DNA from: a virus
Lineage: Duplodnaviria; Caudoviricetes
Direction: 5' to 3' (one strand)
Length of the DNA: 64,000 nt
IMG/VR virus record: IMGVR_UViG_3300039167_000005
Span: 1 to 64,000 of that record
The notes beneath the pieces were generated by a model. It had not been told where the DNA came from. It worked only from the letters and a program-made list of their open reading frames with translations, and did not search any database. The first letter of the stretch is position 1; every line of letters starts with the position of its first letter. The translations under genes were made by a program, and so were the position numbers. Shown here one piece after another: positions 49,301 through 60,784 of this stretch.

Positions 49301-51063
49301 TTTTATGCTGAATGGGGTGATTCCGGGGAGTATGTCCTTTCCGAAGAAGAGCGGGAAGCTGTAGAACAATTCTGCCAGCAATTCTACTTTGGCGAATAAA
49401 GCTTAAATTTTAGCGTCTCAGGCTTGACAGTGTGGGGCGCTAATGTGTAGGCTTTGACTGTCTTAAACGTACAGGGTAACATCAATGTGCATTCTGACCC
49501 TTCCAATGCCTCCCGACCAGATGACTACAGGCGATATCATGCGCCTTGCACACAGGATAGCGAAGCAAGCACACAAGGTTGGTGAGTGCTACGCTGTGAC
49601 GTTTGGCGCTTCCTTGCGGCTGGTATATCAGATGCTCAAAGCTAAACCTGTGCAATCTACGCTTTCCATTGCCACACTTACAGTGGCATCCTTTGTCGTC
49701 TTGTATTGCCTAGGTTTCACTGGCTACAGCTTGGAAGCTGGGAGCATTGGCTATGCCATCCTATTCTCTATCTTTGCTGCAATTTCCGCTTTTGTGGGGT
49801 TGACGGCAGCAAAGGAAGGGTTTAAAATCCGTCTCAACATCAGCAAGCAAGCCTAACAGGCTAGGAAGGAAAGAAATGCAAAAATTTGACTATGAATTCA
49901 CTCGCGTCAACAATGATGTAAACGGCAATCCCCGTTATGTCGTACACTACCTTGCCCTCCTGACCGACAAAGAAAAGTATGGTCCTTACCTGTCTAATGG
50001 CTACGAAATTGCCCTGAAACGTTCCCGCGCTTTCGGTGGCAAGAAGTATCGCGGCAAAGACTACGGCGGTGGAATTGTGTTCCAAAGCTATAACACGCAA
50101 TTCGAGGCTGAAAGGATTGCGCGCATTGTAGAGCAAGCAAGCAAAGAACAAGAATAACACTAGTGTCTCAAATCAAGCGGCTTAGAGATAGGTCGCTTCG
50201 CTGGAAACACTAAACAATTAAAGGGCTAGACTATGTATTCCGTTGAAGTGGTGAGCGTGTTTAATCGTGACAATGATGAAACCACTTATTATAAAGGAAC
50301 AAAGGAAGGTTTGCAGCGTATCAACAGGTCTGAATATACGCGACTTGATTCTCTGGCTTTTGATTCCGACACTTTCTACACTGCCACCAGCGGGTCTTTG
50401 ATCCGCAACGGTAAGATTCTGAAGTTTCTGTATAATCCGTTTAAGGAAGTGTAACCACACAGCCCGCTTTACGCGGGCTTTCTTTTGCCTGTGAGAATCT
50501 TACAAAAATAGCTTGACAGCTTGGGGCGTAGTCTCTAGAATCCATCCTATCGAAAGCAAACGAGTAAAGGAAACGTCATAATGTTCTTCGACAAAGTAAG
50601 TGGTTTTTGGGTTGAATCTACTTTTAAAGCGATGGCTCCGAAGATTGGAGAAATTCGCTTAATAAATTGCGGTGGCCCGTGGTCTTGTATTCGCGTTGAG
50701 GTGGTTAAAATTGAAGATATCGGTATTGACAGAGTTCGCGTCTTTGCCGAGGAGGTTAAATAATGCGATACATCAACAAAAACGCCATCCATGTTAAAGC
50801 TGTTCAGATTGGCCGCGCAAGTAAAAACAACATGAAAAGGACTGCCAACCGCCTGGCGGCCTGCAACGTTGATAATCAAGTAGATAACACCCTGTCCACA
50901 CTAAAGCCTGAAGCTTGGAAATTTAACGATGAGACGATAATTGAGGCATGCGCCCGCCGTCTTTGGCAAGACTTCTGTCAAGCGGAGATTAACTTACAGA
51001 CGAGATAACAATCGAAAATAAATGCAAAAGATGCTTGACATCCTGGGCGCAAGTAAGTAAGAT
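46376..51063 (+). promoter_or_regulatory. Series of strong early sigma70 promoters
   Basis: TTGACA boxes at 46376, 46824, 47656, 48595, 48921, 49424, 50513 and 51035, each 16-18 bp from TAATAT, TAGAAT, CATACT, TAGGCT or TAAGAT, most preceded by A-tracts. Confidence 0.8.
46445..51008 (+). other. Early or host-takeover gene cluster (small unknown CDSs, e.g. 46445-46798, 46993-47229, 47344-47652, 47956-48591, 48672-48917, 48989-49399, 49485-49856, 49876-50157, 50233-50454, 50581-50763, 50763-51008)
   Basis: Short plus-strand ORFs, most directly behind a promoter, separated by terminators at about 47906 and 50461. Confidence 0.7.
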
Positions 51064-51228
51064 GGCGCCTATAGCAAACAAACACAGGAACGCAAGCCAA
51101 TGTCCTCTCGTCAAATTGCAATAATCCAAGAAACTCGCCTAATGACTGGCTTCCTTAATCTTGCTGGGATGATGTTTGTTAGCTCGGTTATGTCTTTTAT
51201 TCAACTTGTAGTGTGAGGAGTGTTGGAG

Positions 51229-51486
51229 ATGAACGATTGGCATAATGTTTACATTACAGACAAAAGCGGTAAAAAGTTTTTCAACACCCACGCTTCGCGG
51301 TAGGCCACCGCATCCGAGATTAAGAACATCTCCCGACACTTGGAGGCAATCAAAGCGGGTCATCCGTCTTATGCCAAATGTGGCATTAACCGCGAAACGG
51401 TAACCCTGCTGTTAGACGGTAGCCCTTACGTTTCGCTAGATGACATCCTGTCAGATGATGATTTGCTAGCAGAGCTAGAGAACTGA
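51229..51486 (+). pseudogene. 85-codon gene with in-frame TAG at codon 25
   Basis: MNDWHNVYITDKSGKKFFNTHASR*ATASEIKNISRHL...SLDDILSDDDLLAELEN*. Confidence 0.65.
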
Positions 51487-51495
51487 GCCCTTACA

Positions 51496-51523
51496 AGCCC
51501 CCAAGTTAAGGGGGCTTTTCTTT
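51496..51523 (+). terminator. Intrinsic terminator ending the early region
   Basis: AGCCCCC-AAGTTAA-GGGGGCT-TTTCTTT. Confidence 0.8.
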
Positions 51524-51529
51524 ATCTGC

Positions 51530-52680
51530 TAAATACTCCCTGTCCCTATGTACATAATTATTTACTCTTTGTTTAAGTAATTAAACATCTATCCTTCCTT
51601 CCTTCTAGTCCCCCTTCACCCTTCCTCTAGTACCTCTTCTAGTATCCTCCTATAAGCCCCTCATTCAAGCGTTCTACGCTTAGTCCATAGCTACCTATAG
51701 CCATACCCTCTAAACGTCTGTAAGCCTTCCTGCAAGCGTTCTACGCTTAAGAGGGGACACTCAAAGGCGTATGCCTTTAGGGATGTCTATTTCTCCCATT
51801 AGGCTATCGGGAAGGCGTACACATTCGGAAAGAATGGGTTAAGCCTGACCATCCCAAGCTCGCGCATTCTGCGCTCTAGCCTCCCCATACGCCACCCCAG
51901 TGGCAGTCTAACCCCTCTTATCTGCGTTGCAGATAGCTATAAACCCCTCCTGATCCTTCCAATACCCTCCAAATCACACTCTAGGATCATTCGTACCATT
52001 ACGTACTACTGTATCGAGTGGGACGCTCAAAAGGTCATTATCCCTGTCATATACCCTCTCACATAAGATAACCCTTAATTATCACATGTGAGACTCTAGG
52101 GTATGACTGAAGGTGGAATACTCTCGAAGTGTACTGAATACGTACAAGAAGGGAACAGGAATAACTCTTAGATATTTCTAGATTATCAGATAAGGGTGGT
52201 TATCATTTGTGGGTAGTGCTAAGCACATCAGATAGATATCTAAGATTTTAAGGATAGTCATAGCTGCTGGATATCTGGTTCCCAGAAACGTATCCTTCTA
52301 GGGACACTAGATATTCCCCATAAGGATATTTCCTAAGACACTGAATACTACGAGAGGATATTTAGAGGGGGTGGTTTAAACTTTCAGTTTAGAATGGTGG
52401 GGTAGGATGTCCTATTAGTGCATCGCACTAGGATATTTTAAACACTCAAAAAGAAAGCCTCCCTACCATAAGCAAGGAGGCTTTATAATGCTTAGGGATA
52501 CACCTTAATGTGGGATATTAGGTGTTATAGTGCCTAAAGTGAGAGATTGATGATGGTGTGTATTTAGTCTCTACCATCTCTATTACTAATTATAGATTCT
52601 TTAAGGAACGTACCTCCACAGACCCCGCAAAATAAGGCATTCCAGAGATCAAGTCCATTTCAGATAGGGGTCGAGTTGGA
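51530..52680. other. Non-coding convergence zone, probable genome terminus (terminal repeat) or origin
   Basis: About 1.15 kb without ORFs; C-rich left half, G-rich right half, central inverted repeat, short direct repeats. Confidence 0.55.
52448..52484 (-). terminator. Intrinsic terminator for minus-strand arm
   Basis: Minus strand AAAGCCTCC...GGAGGCTTTCTTTTT. Confidence 0.7.
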
Positions 52681-52686
52681 CTACGC

Positions 52687-53928
52687 CTATTTGTCCAGTT
52701 CTAACCACTCTTTAAGAAGTCCTTCCATTCGTTCAGACAGGATGTACACCCACATATCTTTGTGTTCTCGTATACATCCTCTGAATACAAACTGTACTAA
52801 CTCTGATAGAGCGTAAAGGTCATCATTGATATGAACGCCAAACTGAGCAAGGTGAGAGTCTAAGCTACCATTAGGGTAAATGTTTACTGTGTAAATACAA
52901 TTGACACAATCTCGGTATTCGTTACTAGCTCTCATATTCTTGGAGACAAAAGGTTCTCTTAGTTCCCCTCTGATTTTCTTTGCTCGTGTGTATCCAGTGC
53001 CGGTTAGTTTGTGTCTGTAGTCTTTGAATGTGGTCCAGAACACCTCACCCTTAGGCATTTGCCTCTTTAGTGTTGTTTCGATACTAGCCCTCACAGCAGA
53101 GAGAGTTTCGTCTGTTTGTCTCTGATACCAAGTTACATTGAATGCTGATCGAGAGTACAAGCCTTGATGTGTTCTTTGTAAGTCTGTAATCAGTTTTGTT
53201 CTTGGAACGAAGTGAAGCTTCTCCCGGAGGATTTGTTTGATCTCCGCTGGGCTTCTCATCTGCTCAGGGTAGTGGTATTCCCAGTCCATTGAGTTTAGTT
53301 GTAGCCAACTGTGCATCAAACTACCTTCAAACAAGTAGGTGAGGATAGTGGTGGACTCACATGCTTTGATGCAAGTAGGTGGGATTCTCTGGATTAGAAC
53401 ATCATCTCCATACAACCACAAACACCCTAGTTGGCAGAGTTCTTTTACTCTGATATCTCTCCCATTATATCCTCCCCATTTCTCATCGTTCCAAGATAGC
53501 TGACCATTAGAACCGCATATCACCATCCCTGCTAGAATTAGAAACTTTACATCTTCGTGGTGTATGTCATCGTAGAACGTAACAAGATCAATTGTTTCAT
53601 CAATCACTAGATGATATTTCTGTTCCTTGAGCACCATTGCCACTTCCACGTTAAAGTCTGTGAACAGTTTGTGAGTGATGGCTATATTGTACCCTCTCCT
53701 CGCCATGCGTAAAAAGTCAGCACGCTTTGAGGGTGTGCTAGAAGGGGATTTGAAGTTTAGCTCTGGGAGTTCATTCTGGATACGTCCTTTTGTACTTCCG
53801 TCTCCTGCTTCATCTAAGTAAGGACTGACAAATAACCACTTCCTGTCTGGATACTTTCTCATCTCGTCAAATATCCATGTTGTTTTCCCTGCACCACATA
53901 CAGCATCGACAACTCTAATCTTTGTCAC
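52687..53928 (-). CDS. SF2 (DExx) helicase-like protein
   Basis: Walker A CGAGKTT, motif Ia FVSP, Walker B LVIDET, late QFVFRGCIR. Confidence 0.7.
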   Translation of the reverse strand: MTKIRVVDAVCGAGKTTWIFDEMRKYPDRKWLFVSPYLDEAGDGSTKGRIQNELPELNFKSPSSTPSKRADFLRMARRGYNIAITHKLFTDFNVEVAMVLKEQKYHLVIDETIDLVTFYDDIHHEDVKFLILAGMVICGSNGQLSWNDEKWGGYNGRDIRVKELCQLGCLWLYGDDVLIQRIPPTCIKACESTTILTYLFEGSLMHSWLQLNSMDWEYHYPEQMRSPAEIKQILREKLHFVPRTKLITDLQRTHQGLYSRSAFNVTWYQRQTDETLSAVRASIETTLKRQMPKGEVFWTTFKDYRHKLTGTGYTRAKKIRGELREPFVSKNMRASNEYRDCVNCIYTVNIYPNGSLDSHLAQFGVHINDDLYALSELVQFVFRGCIREHKDMWVYILSERMEGLLKEWLELDK

Positions 53929-53958
53929 TCAATCTTTTCTCCTATAATAAGAAAACCC

Positions 53959-54153
53959 TCAATTAAGAGGGTTCCCGTCTACATCACATTGAATGGGTAC
54001 ATCCGCGATAGTGGAATTCCAGAAAGAGATGGCTCCACAATTCCCACACTCCCAAGAATATCCCCAATCTTCCTGTTGGATGAATATATTCATGCCCTCA
54101 TCCATTATTTTAGACAACCGTTTGTTACATCCTGGACACTTCAAATCACACAT
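53959..54153 (-). CDS. Small zinc-ribbon protein
   Basis: CPGC...CGNC. Confidence 0.6.
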   Translation of the reverse strand: MCDLKCPGCNKRLSKIMDEGMNIFIQQEDWGYSWECGNCGAISFWNSTIADVPIQCDVDGNPLN

Positions 54154-54191
54154 TTAAACTTCTCTATTTAGTCCAACCCAACTCCTTAAAC

Positions 54192-56207
54192 CTATTCTCC
54201 ACCAATTGCTGCCTTACTAAATGTCCGAACAGTAACCACCTTCTGTTCTTCTACACAATCTAGGAAGTATGCGTATTCCATCCAATCAATTTCTTCTGGG
54301 CATCCGTGCTTACCTCCTCCATACCAGTAAGTCCAGCCCACCCATTGCCCATTAGGGGCTTTAGCTGCTACTGACTTGCTTTCGTAGTGGCGACAATATT
54401 CCGAAGGAATGTTTGTCTCTACATCTCCTTCTCGTGTTTCACTTGTCGCGTCACTCAGGCAAGATTCCTGATCGTACAACTCATCCACTTCCTCTCCCGT
54501 GAGATTGATGGGAATTTCCTTCCCGTCCCAACGGTATTGTGTTTCTAGGATGATGTACTTAACTGCTTGTTCTGGTGTCATTTCATACCCTCCATCAATT
54601 CCTGATACTTCGCTGGTTCATCTTCTGAGTAACACGTAAAACCCCAACGACAATCAGGGCAACCCACCTCTACCTTAGACCCATAAGAATAATCGTAGTC
54701 AAATTCTACAGTTTTGTTCGTATGCGGACAAGAATCTTGTAGGACTTTCAAGGAATCGGCATACTTTTCCTGTACAGGTTTCATCTCTTCAGAGAACTTC
54801 CTCTTGATTTCTAAATATTGCTTTTGGATTTCGTTCATCATTTTACTCCTTTACCAGACAAGGCTTCGTCTGCCGTTTCAATAATGTGCCAAAGCGCGTC
54901 TGCCATTGCCTGCTCGTTCTGGTCACGGTTCCAGTATTCACGGATATGTTCCAGCGCCTCAACTAGCGCTCTATCGGGGTCTGCTGTATAAAGTGGCATA
55001 GTACAAGGCATCGTATCTTCCTCCACTTGAACCAACGGGCCTTCCACACAAGTCCTGACGAAATACCCTACAGGTTCCTCCCTTTTCAAATCAATCATTC
55101 CAGAACAGATAAGCCTATCAGCGTGTCCGCTTGGATGTTCTCCCCTGTTCCAATAACCTTTCTGTATGATGGAAAAGCTCCCGTCCATGTAAAGTTCTGA
55201 GGCGAAAATATCCGTGCTATCCACACAGGCGTCTTCTAGCTCTCCTAGCAGACTCACAGCGTCCTTCATTGAAATCTTACCGAGATCAGTTTGTTTGTGC
55301 CCATTAAATTCATCTGGACAATTTAAAAGAAATTCAGCTAATTTCATTGTTGAACCGCCTTATAGTAGTCTACTTCTCTCACATAAAACCTTGCATTCGC
55401 CTCGTTCCGGTCTCCAGATAGGTTGGGATACTTCTCGCACACTTTAAGTAGCAGGGCGTCTTCAATCCTCTGAACCTCGTCCCAGAAGGCGTCAGAGTCA
55501 TACTCAATCTCGGCTTTCCTGCAAACGTGGTTATAAGCGAAGTCTGGGATTCTGCGGTTAAGCTTATAAACATGCTCATCGTAACAGGGGACACTCTGTT
55601 CTGACTTAATCTTAAAGTCCTCGGCATCTTTCTCCGATTCGAACACTCCCTCCACCCACTCGTAACCAGCATCGTAAGGGTCGTCCCAACTGTGGCCAAT
55701 TACTGCGTAAGCTTTAATCTTCCGCATGTTCATTCTCCGTGTCTGGATAGTTGATGATTTTTTACAATAGGTTTTGACTTCCGTCCAGTTTTCCCTACTC
55801 CGCTTGTCCACCTGTGAAAATCTCTCCGTAGGAAATCATCAATGCGACTTTGAGCCTCTTCCGAGGTGAATATATAATCACTTGCTGTGAGGCACGGTCG
55901 GATAAATTGCCAACCCAAGATAAAACCTAGCCTATATTCCGCATAATACTTGGTGACACCGTTCTTAATCACCTGCTTAATTCTAGTTTCCGGTTTCTTA
56001 TACCTCTTCATACACCTCCTCCACACTTTGGAGAATAACAGCCCAGCTATCATAATTTCCACTAGGATTGCCCATCATGCCTTTAACTTTTTGCGTAGCG
56101 TCTTCTTTTGTTGTAGCATACACAGTCACCTGAGCACAAGAACCCCACTGTGTGGCGTAATAACCCTTGGAGTCTTTCTCTGCCACGCTCATGTTGAATT
56201 TAAACAT
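54192..56207 (-). other. Run of small hypothetical CDSs (54192-54581, 54578-54841, 54838-55347, 55344-55726, 55730-55988, 55998-56207)
   Basis: Overlapping minus-strand ORFs with GGAG RBSs. Confidence 0.6.
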
Positions 56208-56223
56208 TATTTCAAATCTCCTC

Positions 56224-56943
56224 CTAATCTACATACATTACACGGTTTTCTTCGGTCAGCTCCATCTGATTAACAGATGAGATGAAGAAGTCATTTGCTT
56301 TGGGCGTAAGAGTGTACCCTTTCAGCGCGTACTTTACAATACGCTTCAACGTCGCGTTCGGATACTCCACGACATTTAGGTTGATGCGCTTATTCAGTAC
56401 ATCAAAGACGAAGCGCTCATGCTTGTAGAAATTCTCTCCGTCCCAAGCTGCACAACAAGCAGTAATATCGAAAGAAGAAATGAGGTCTTCACAGTCCACA
56501 TACGGTCGCTTATTAATCACTTGAATTTTATATTCATCTTCCATGATGAAAGTGAATAGCTCTCGTTTAGGACATTCAAACACCTTAGTATAACCAAGAG
56601 CTTGAATATCAGCTAGCAGCTTCTCAAGGACACCTTGGTCCGTTACGAACAGGTCATAGTCGCAGATTTCTTCGTTACAAGGATCAACAAGCACCCGTAG
56701 TGCCCCGCCAGCAAGGACCACACTCGGTGACTCTTGAACCAGCTTCTTAATATTGTAAGAGAGTTCTTCTATGTTGTCTTCCATATCAAAGGCGGCGTTA
56801 TCAAAGCATTTCTCACAGGTACACGTGATGCCTACTTCCGCCCAACCCGCCTCGGTGGCGGTGTTCGTCCAGTTAATCTCTTCACTGCATACTCGACAAT
56901 GTTTTACTTGGTCCTCTGACTTCAGTTCTTCTTTAATGTTCAT
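56224..56943 (-). CDS. Class II nucleotidyltransferase (CCA-adding/poly(A) polymerase head-like) with N-terminal Cys cluster
   Basis: LAGGALR...CDYDLF, FDITAC...WDG, LKRIVKY; N-terminal CRVC...CTCEKC. Confidence 0.75.
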   Translation of the reverse strand: MNIKEELKSEDQVKHCRVCSEEINWTNTATEAGWAEVGITCTCEKCFDNAAFDMEDNIEELSYNIKKLVQESPSVVLAGGALRVLVDPCNEEICDYDLFVTDQGVLEKLLADIQALGYTKVFECPKRELFTFIMEDEYKIQVINKRPYVDCEDLISSFDITACCAAWDGENFYKHERFVFDVLNKRINLNVVEYPNATLKRIVKYALKGYTLTPKANDFFISSVNQMELTEENRVMYVD

Positions 56944-59884
56944 TAAATCTCTCCTTCTAAATAAACTCTAGCTGCGAAAATCACCTGTCTCCGCAACCCC
57001 TCTTTGTAATCATACACTACCCCGTCCTTCACACAATAAGCATGACCACGGGAGCACACATAATATCTTCCTTTAGGGTGCTTCTGCAAGAACTTGGATA
57101 AACTGATCCTGTTTTGATTTGAATACGGACCAAACTTCACTTTAGCCTTCTTACACGCTTTCAGTGCGGAAGTCAACTCCTTATTGTACATTCCCCGCCT
57201 ATTGATACGACCATGCTTCTTCAACCAAGCATGAGCATTTTCGTAGGACGAATCAAAACACTCAGCCCATGCTACGACAGTGCAGTCGTTGTATTCTTTG
57301 TAATTCTCTCGTTCTGGGTACTTCCCTACTGTACTTTGGAATCTTTCCATGCTTATCTCCGCACTGTGTTCATTCCGTTTTCATCGTCAAAGTATACAAC
57401 CCTGGCCTCTGGGTGAATTATCACTGAACTACTCTCAGCGTTGATTACATGCCCTACATTGAACAGGATGACCCTTGTCTCTTGCGAGAGGCTTAGATCG
57501 ACTGTAACCATTCTAGCTAGTTCCCTAGATTGTCCGCTACAGGTAATATCTCGTCCTTCACAAATCCACTTCTCGATTGTAGAGGTATAGGCTTTCCACT
57601 CGTCTAGTTGCCGTTTCTCTATAAGCCCTAGTTTATTCAATAACCACTTTTTCATATTTCCTCCTCTTTTCATCTTTTCTACAGCTAAGCTGTGTACACT
57701 ATCAGTGGACACTAGAGTTAATGTGTTTAACGATTGGAGATTGCTCTAGAACATCTTGTAACACCTTGTCTAGAGGGTTCAAGATGGTTGAGAGTTCGCC
57801 TAGTGTCACCCCTTCTTCGGGAATTACAATTGGACCGTTTTGCTCAAAGTAAGCTTTTAGAGCTTCCTGCATCGCACTATTGAGCGCCTGAACCATCTCC
57901 TCCTCGTCCATCTCAAACAATTCTTCACCGGTATTCATACTCCCTCCTCCATAAACAAAAGCCACCAGAACGAAATGCTCTAGTGGCTCAAAGATTACTC
58001 CAGATTTTCTTCTTTGTCAACAGGCTTACCAGAGAAATATCCGGGACCGTTAAACAGGTTGTCAAGGTTACTTGGATGACTCTCTTGCTCTACCCTGGCC
58101 TGAATTGCCTGCCAAGTGGGTTCATATTCGGGCCAGTCTTTTTCAACAACGACACAATCTACAAAAGGTAGAGGTTTACTCGTGACAGCAACCTTGAAAA
58201 TTTGCTCGAACTGCTCACTAGATAGAAGATCGAGTTTCAGCACCATATAGCGATGTTCTCGTTTAAATGTCTTCTTCATCCTCATCTCCTGAAATGTCTC
58301 GAATGAACCAAGGCCAAGCAACCATTGTGAGAATAATAAACTTGACGTGATTGATATTAAACTCTGGGATGTCCTCTTCAAATGCTTCAGCAACATGGTT
58401 CATCAGCATGTGGTATGTAATACCAACACCAAGACCAATTGCAAGATAGATGCAAAGAACTGAAATTAGAATGCTCATCAGTATAGCACCACAACATCTT
58501 TCAGAGATTCAATGAAATCTTCAATCTCTTCGCCATTAAAACAGAAGTCATCGACCATTTCATCAACGCTGGAATAGTGGCTCAGGAATGCAGGACTGTC
58601 AGAAATATCTGAGCCGTGATAAGAGTCTTCTTCTACGCCCCGCACCAGCTTATAGTAATTGCCCTCATCATCTCCTTGTAGCACCACTTCTGCATCCTCA
58701 TTATAATACTCTTGCAGTAGAGCGATCAAATCTTTAACTTTCATTTCTTCTCCTTAATCTTCTTCAGAGTAGCTTCAGCAGCCCCAAGACTTTCTTTTGC
58801 TTTACGAACAGCATCTTCTGCTACTGCCTCTTCTTGAGATTTAAATTTTTCCACAAACATCACCACATTCAGTGTTTCGCGGGAAGGAGAAAATTCGCAA
58901 TCATGTACTTCAGTTTGGATAGCTTCTGCTTCTTCTATGTAATATTTGTATCCGTTAACAATGACACCTCGGCATTTTTGTAGAGTTTCAATCCCTAGTT
59001 CACCCAGCACCCCAAACACTTCGTCAACACTTCCATAAAGACTAACACGCATACCTTCTAAAACCTCCTATTTTGCGTTATAAGCTCTTTTCTCATCTAA
59101 GAGCCACCCTTGTATACCTTATACCCTTAAAACGTTGTGTAGAGCGTCCTAGGATGCTTCTTGGTGCATCTTGTCAATATCTTCTGCACTAATTTTAAGA
59201 AACACGAGTCCAAACGCGTAAACCATGATAAGGGATACAAATGCTACCGAAGATGCGCTAAATACCAGATAGCCTAGAATCCCTAGGACGATGCCGCAGT
59301 GTGCCACAATCTCCTGCCGTACTTTAGAGGCTTTCAGAAACCATACAGCACTGATATTTCCCAGTGCAATAAACAGTAGTCCCACATCCAACGTTACACA
59401 GAATAGGCCAACGCAACCGATAAAGGATAGAACGTTCAACCACTTGATGAAAATCTTATGCATCTTCTTCCTCCATCTGTGCGTCAATAGCTTCTTTGGC
59501 AGAAGTGTACCAACTTCGTTGAACATAGCCATCAAAAGGCCATTCTAGTCGATAATGGTATTTCTCCCAAATCTGTGTTGTGGTGATTACACACCGTTCA
59601 TCCATTAGGAATTGAAGGCGCTTGGCATCCTGTACCAGTGATTTGTAGGAGGATGCAGGAATTGATACCTCATCAAAGGTGTGTTCCATCTAACCCTCCT
59701 GATATGTCATTTCAAAAGTATTATCTTGTTTCAGACGAACATTGTACTCGTAGATACGGAAAGACTTTACATAATTACAAAGCGCGTCATGTGTACGGAA
59801 CATCCGTTGACGCACGTTAGGAGTTTGTAACATGCCCTCGATAGGTGGTACATTCTGCTCAGTAGTGGTTTCAATTTGTTGCAT
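56943..59884 (-). other. Run of hypothetical CDSs, several membrane-associated (56943-57350, 57353-57712, 57702-57965, 57995-58280, 58263-58478, 58478-58744, 58741-59052, 59149-59463, 59456-59689, 59690-59884)
   Basis: Tightly packed minus-strand ORFs. Confidence 0.6.
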
Positions 59885-60219
59885 TATTGTTTATTCCTCC
59901 AAATAAGAAGTTCCCTCACCAACAGCTCTGAGGAATTCTTTACAATCTCAGGATACTCCGACGCTTTAAGATTGTAAAGACTTCCGGCAGTTAAATTTTC
60001 CTTTGATATCAGGTGTAGATGGGGATGCTTCAGATTTTCAAAGTTTTTCTGGATGTACTTGGCCATCCTGTCATAACATTCATCAGAAAGCAAGGATTCG
60101 TTGCAATGGTAGTATTGATAGGAAGCGGCAATCCACCAAGACACAGCAGAGCTTGGGTTAACTTTGAAGCTTTCTCGTGCTACTTCATCGTAGTTTCCAT
60201 TTACTACAGGAAGGGTCAC
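59884..60219 (-). CDS. Stand-alone protein resembling domain Ia of NAD+-dependent DNA ligase
   Basis: ASYQYYHCNESLLSDECYDRMAK matches the YY...SDxEYD pattern; no KxDG adenylation motif. Confidence 0.55.
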   Translation of the reverse strand: MTLPVVNGNYDEVARESFKVNPSSAVSWWIAASYQYYHCNESLLSDECYDRMAKYIQKNFENLKHPHLHLISKENLTAGSLYNLKASEYPEIVKNSSELLVRELLIWRNKQ

Positions 60220-60400
60220 TCACCCTCTCCTTCAGTTTCCCAAATACGCTTCTGTCGCAGGAACTCTTGAATCTTATGATTCTTTTCAAACGGGTGTTCC
60301 TCAAGACTTTTGACAAAAGAGTCGAAGTCATCATCATTCAGAATGTACACCTCCGTCACTTTCAGATTCTTGAAATCTTCAATATCTTCAGCGGTTAATT

Positions 60401-60772
60401 TCATACACTCTCCTTAATAAAATATTGAACATTCTCAGGATTTACAAATTTTACCATATGCCCCTGAACAATCAAACCCTTCCGCTTACTGTGTTGCAAT
60501 TTTGCAACGTGTACGATTTTCGCTTTCTTCGCAGAAGAATACCAGTCAGTAGGAATATCCCCAAACGGTTCTTTGAAGTAGCGCTGATGAATCTCATCAT
60601 ACACAGCATTGTGCAATTTAATCGCATTGCGCAAACTCACTTCCTTCCGACCACGGTTCACCCAAGCTTCACTCTGAAATACGTGACTCACAGGGAGATA
60701 CTGATAGCCCAATTCGTGCATAAAATTGATAACACTCTGTAGTTGTAACACCTTTGTGTTGGTAGTATCCAT
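60401..60772 (-). CDS. Hypothetical protein
   Basis: 123-aa ORF with AAGGAG RBS. Confidence 0.6.
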   Translation of the reverse strand: MDTTNTKVLQLQSVINFMHELGYQYLPVSHVFQSEAWVNRGRKEVSLRNAIKLHNAVYDEIHQRYFKEPFGDIPTDWYSSAKKAKIVHVAKLQHSKRKGLIVQGHMVKFVNPENVQYFIKESV

Positions 60773-60784
60773 ATTCGATTCTCC

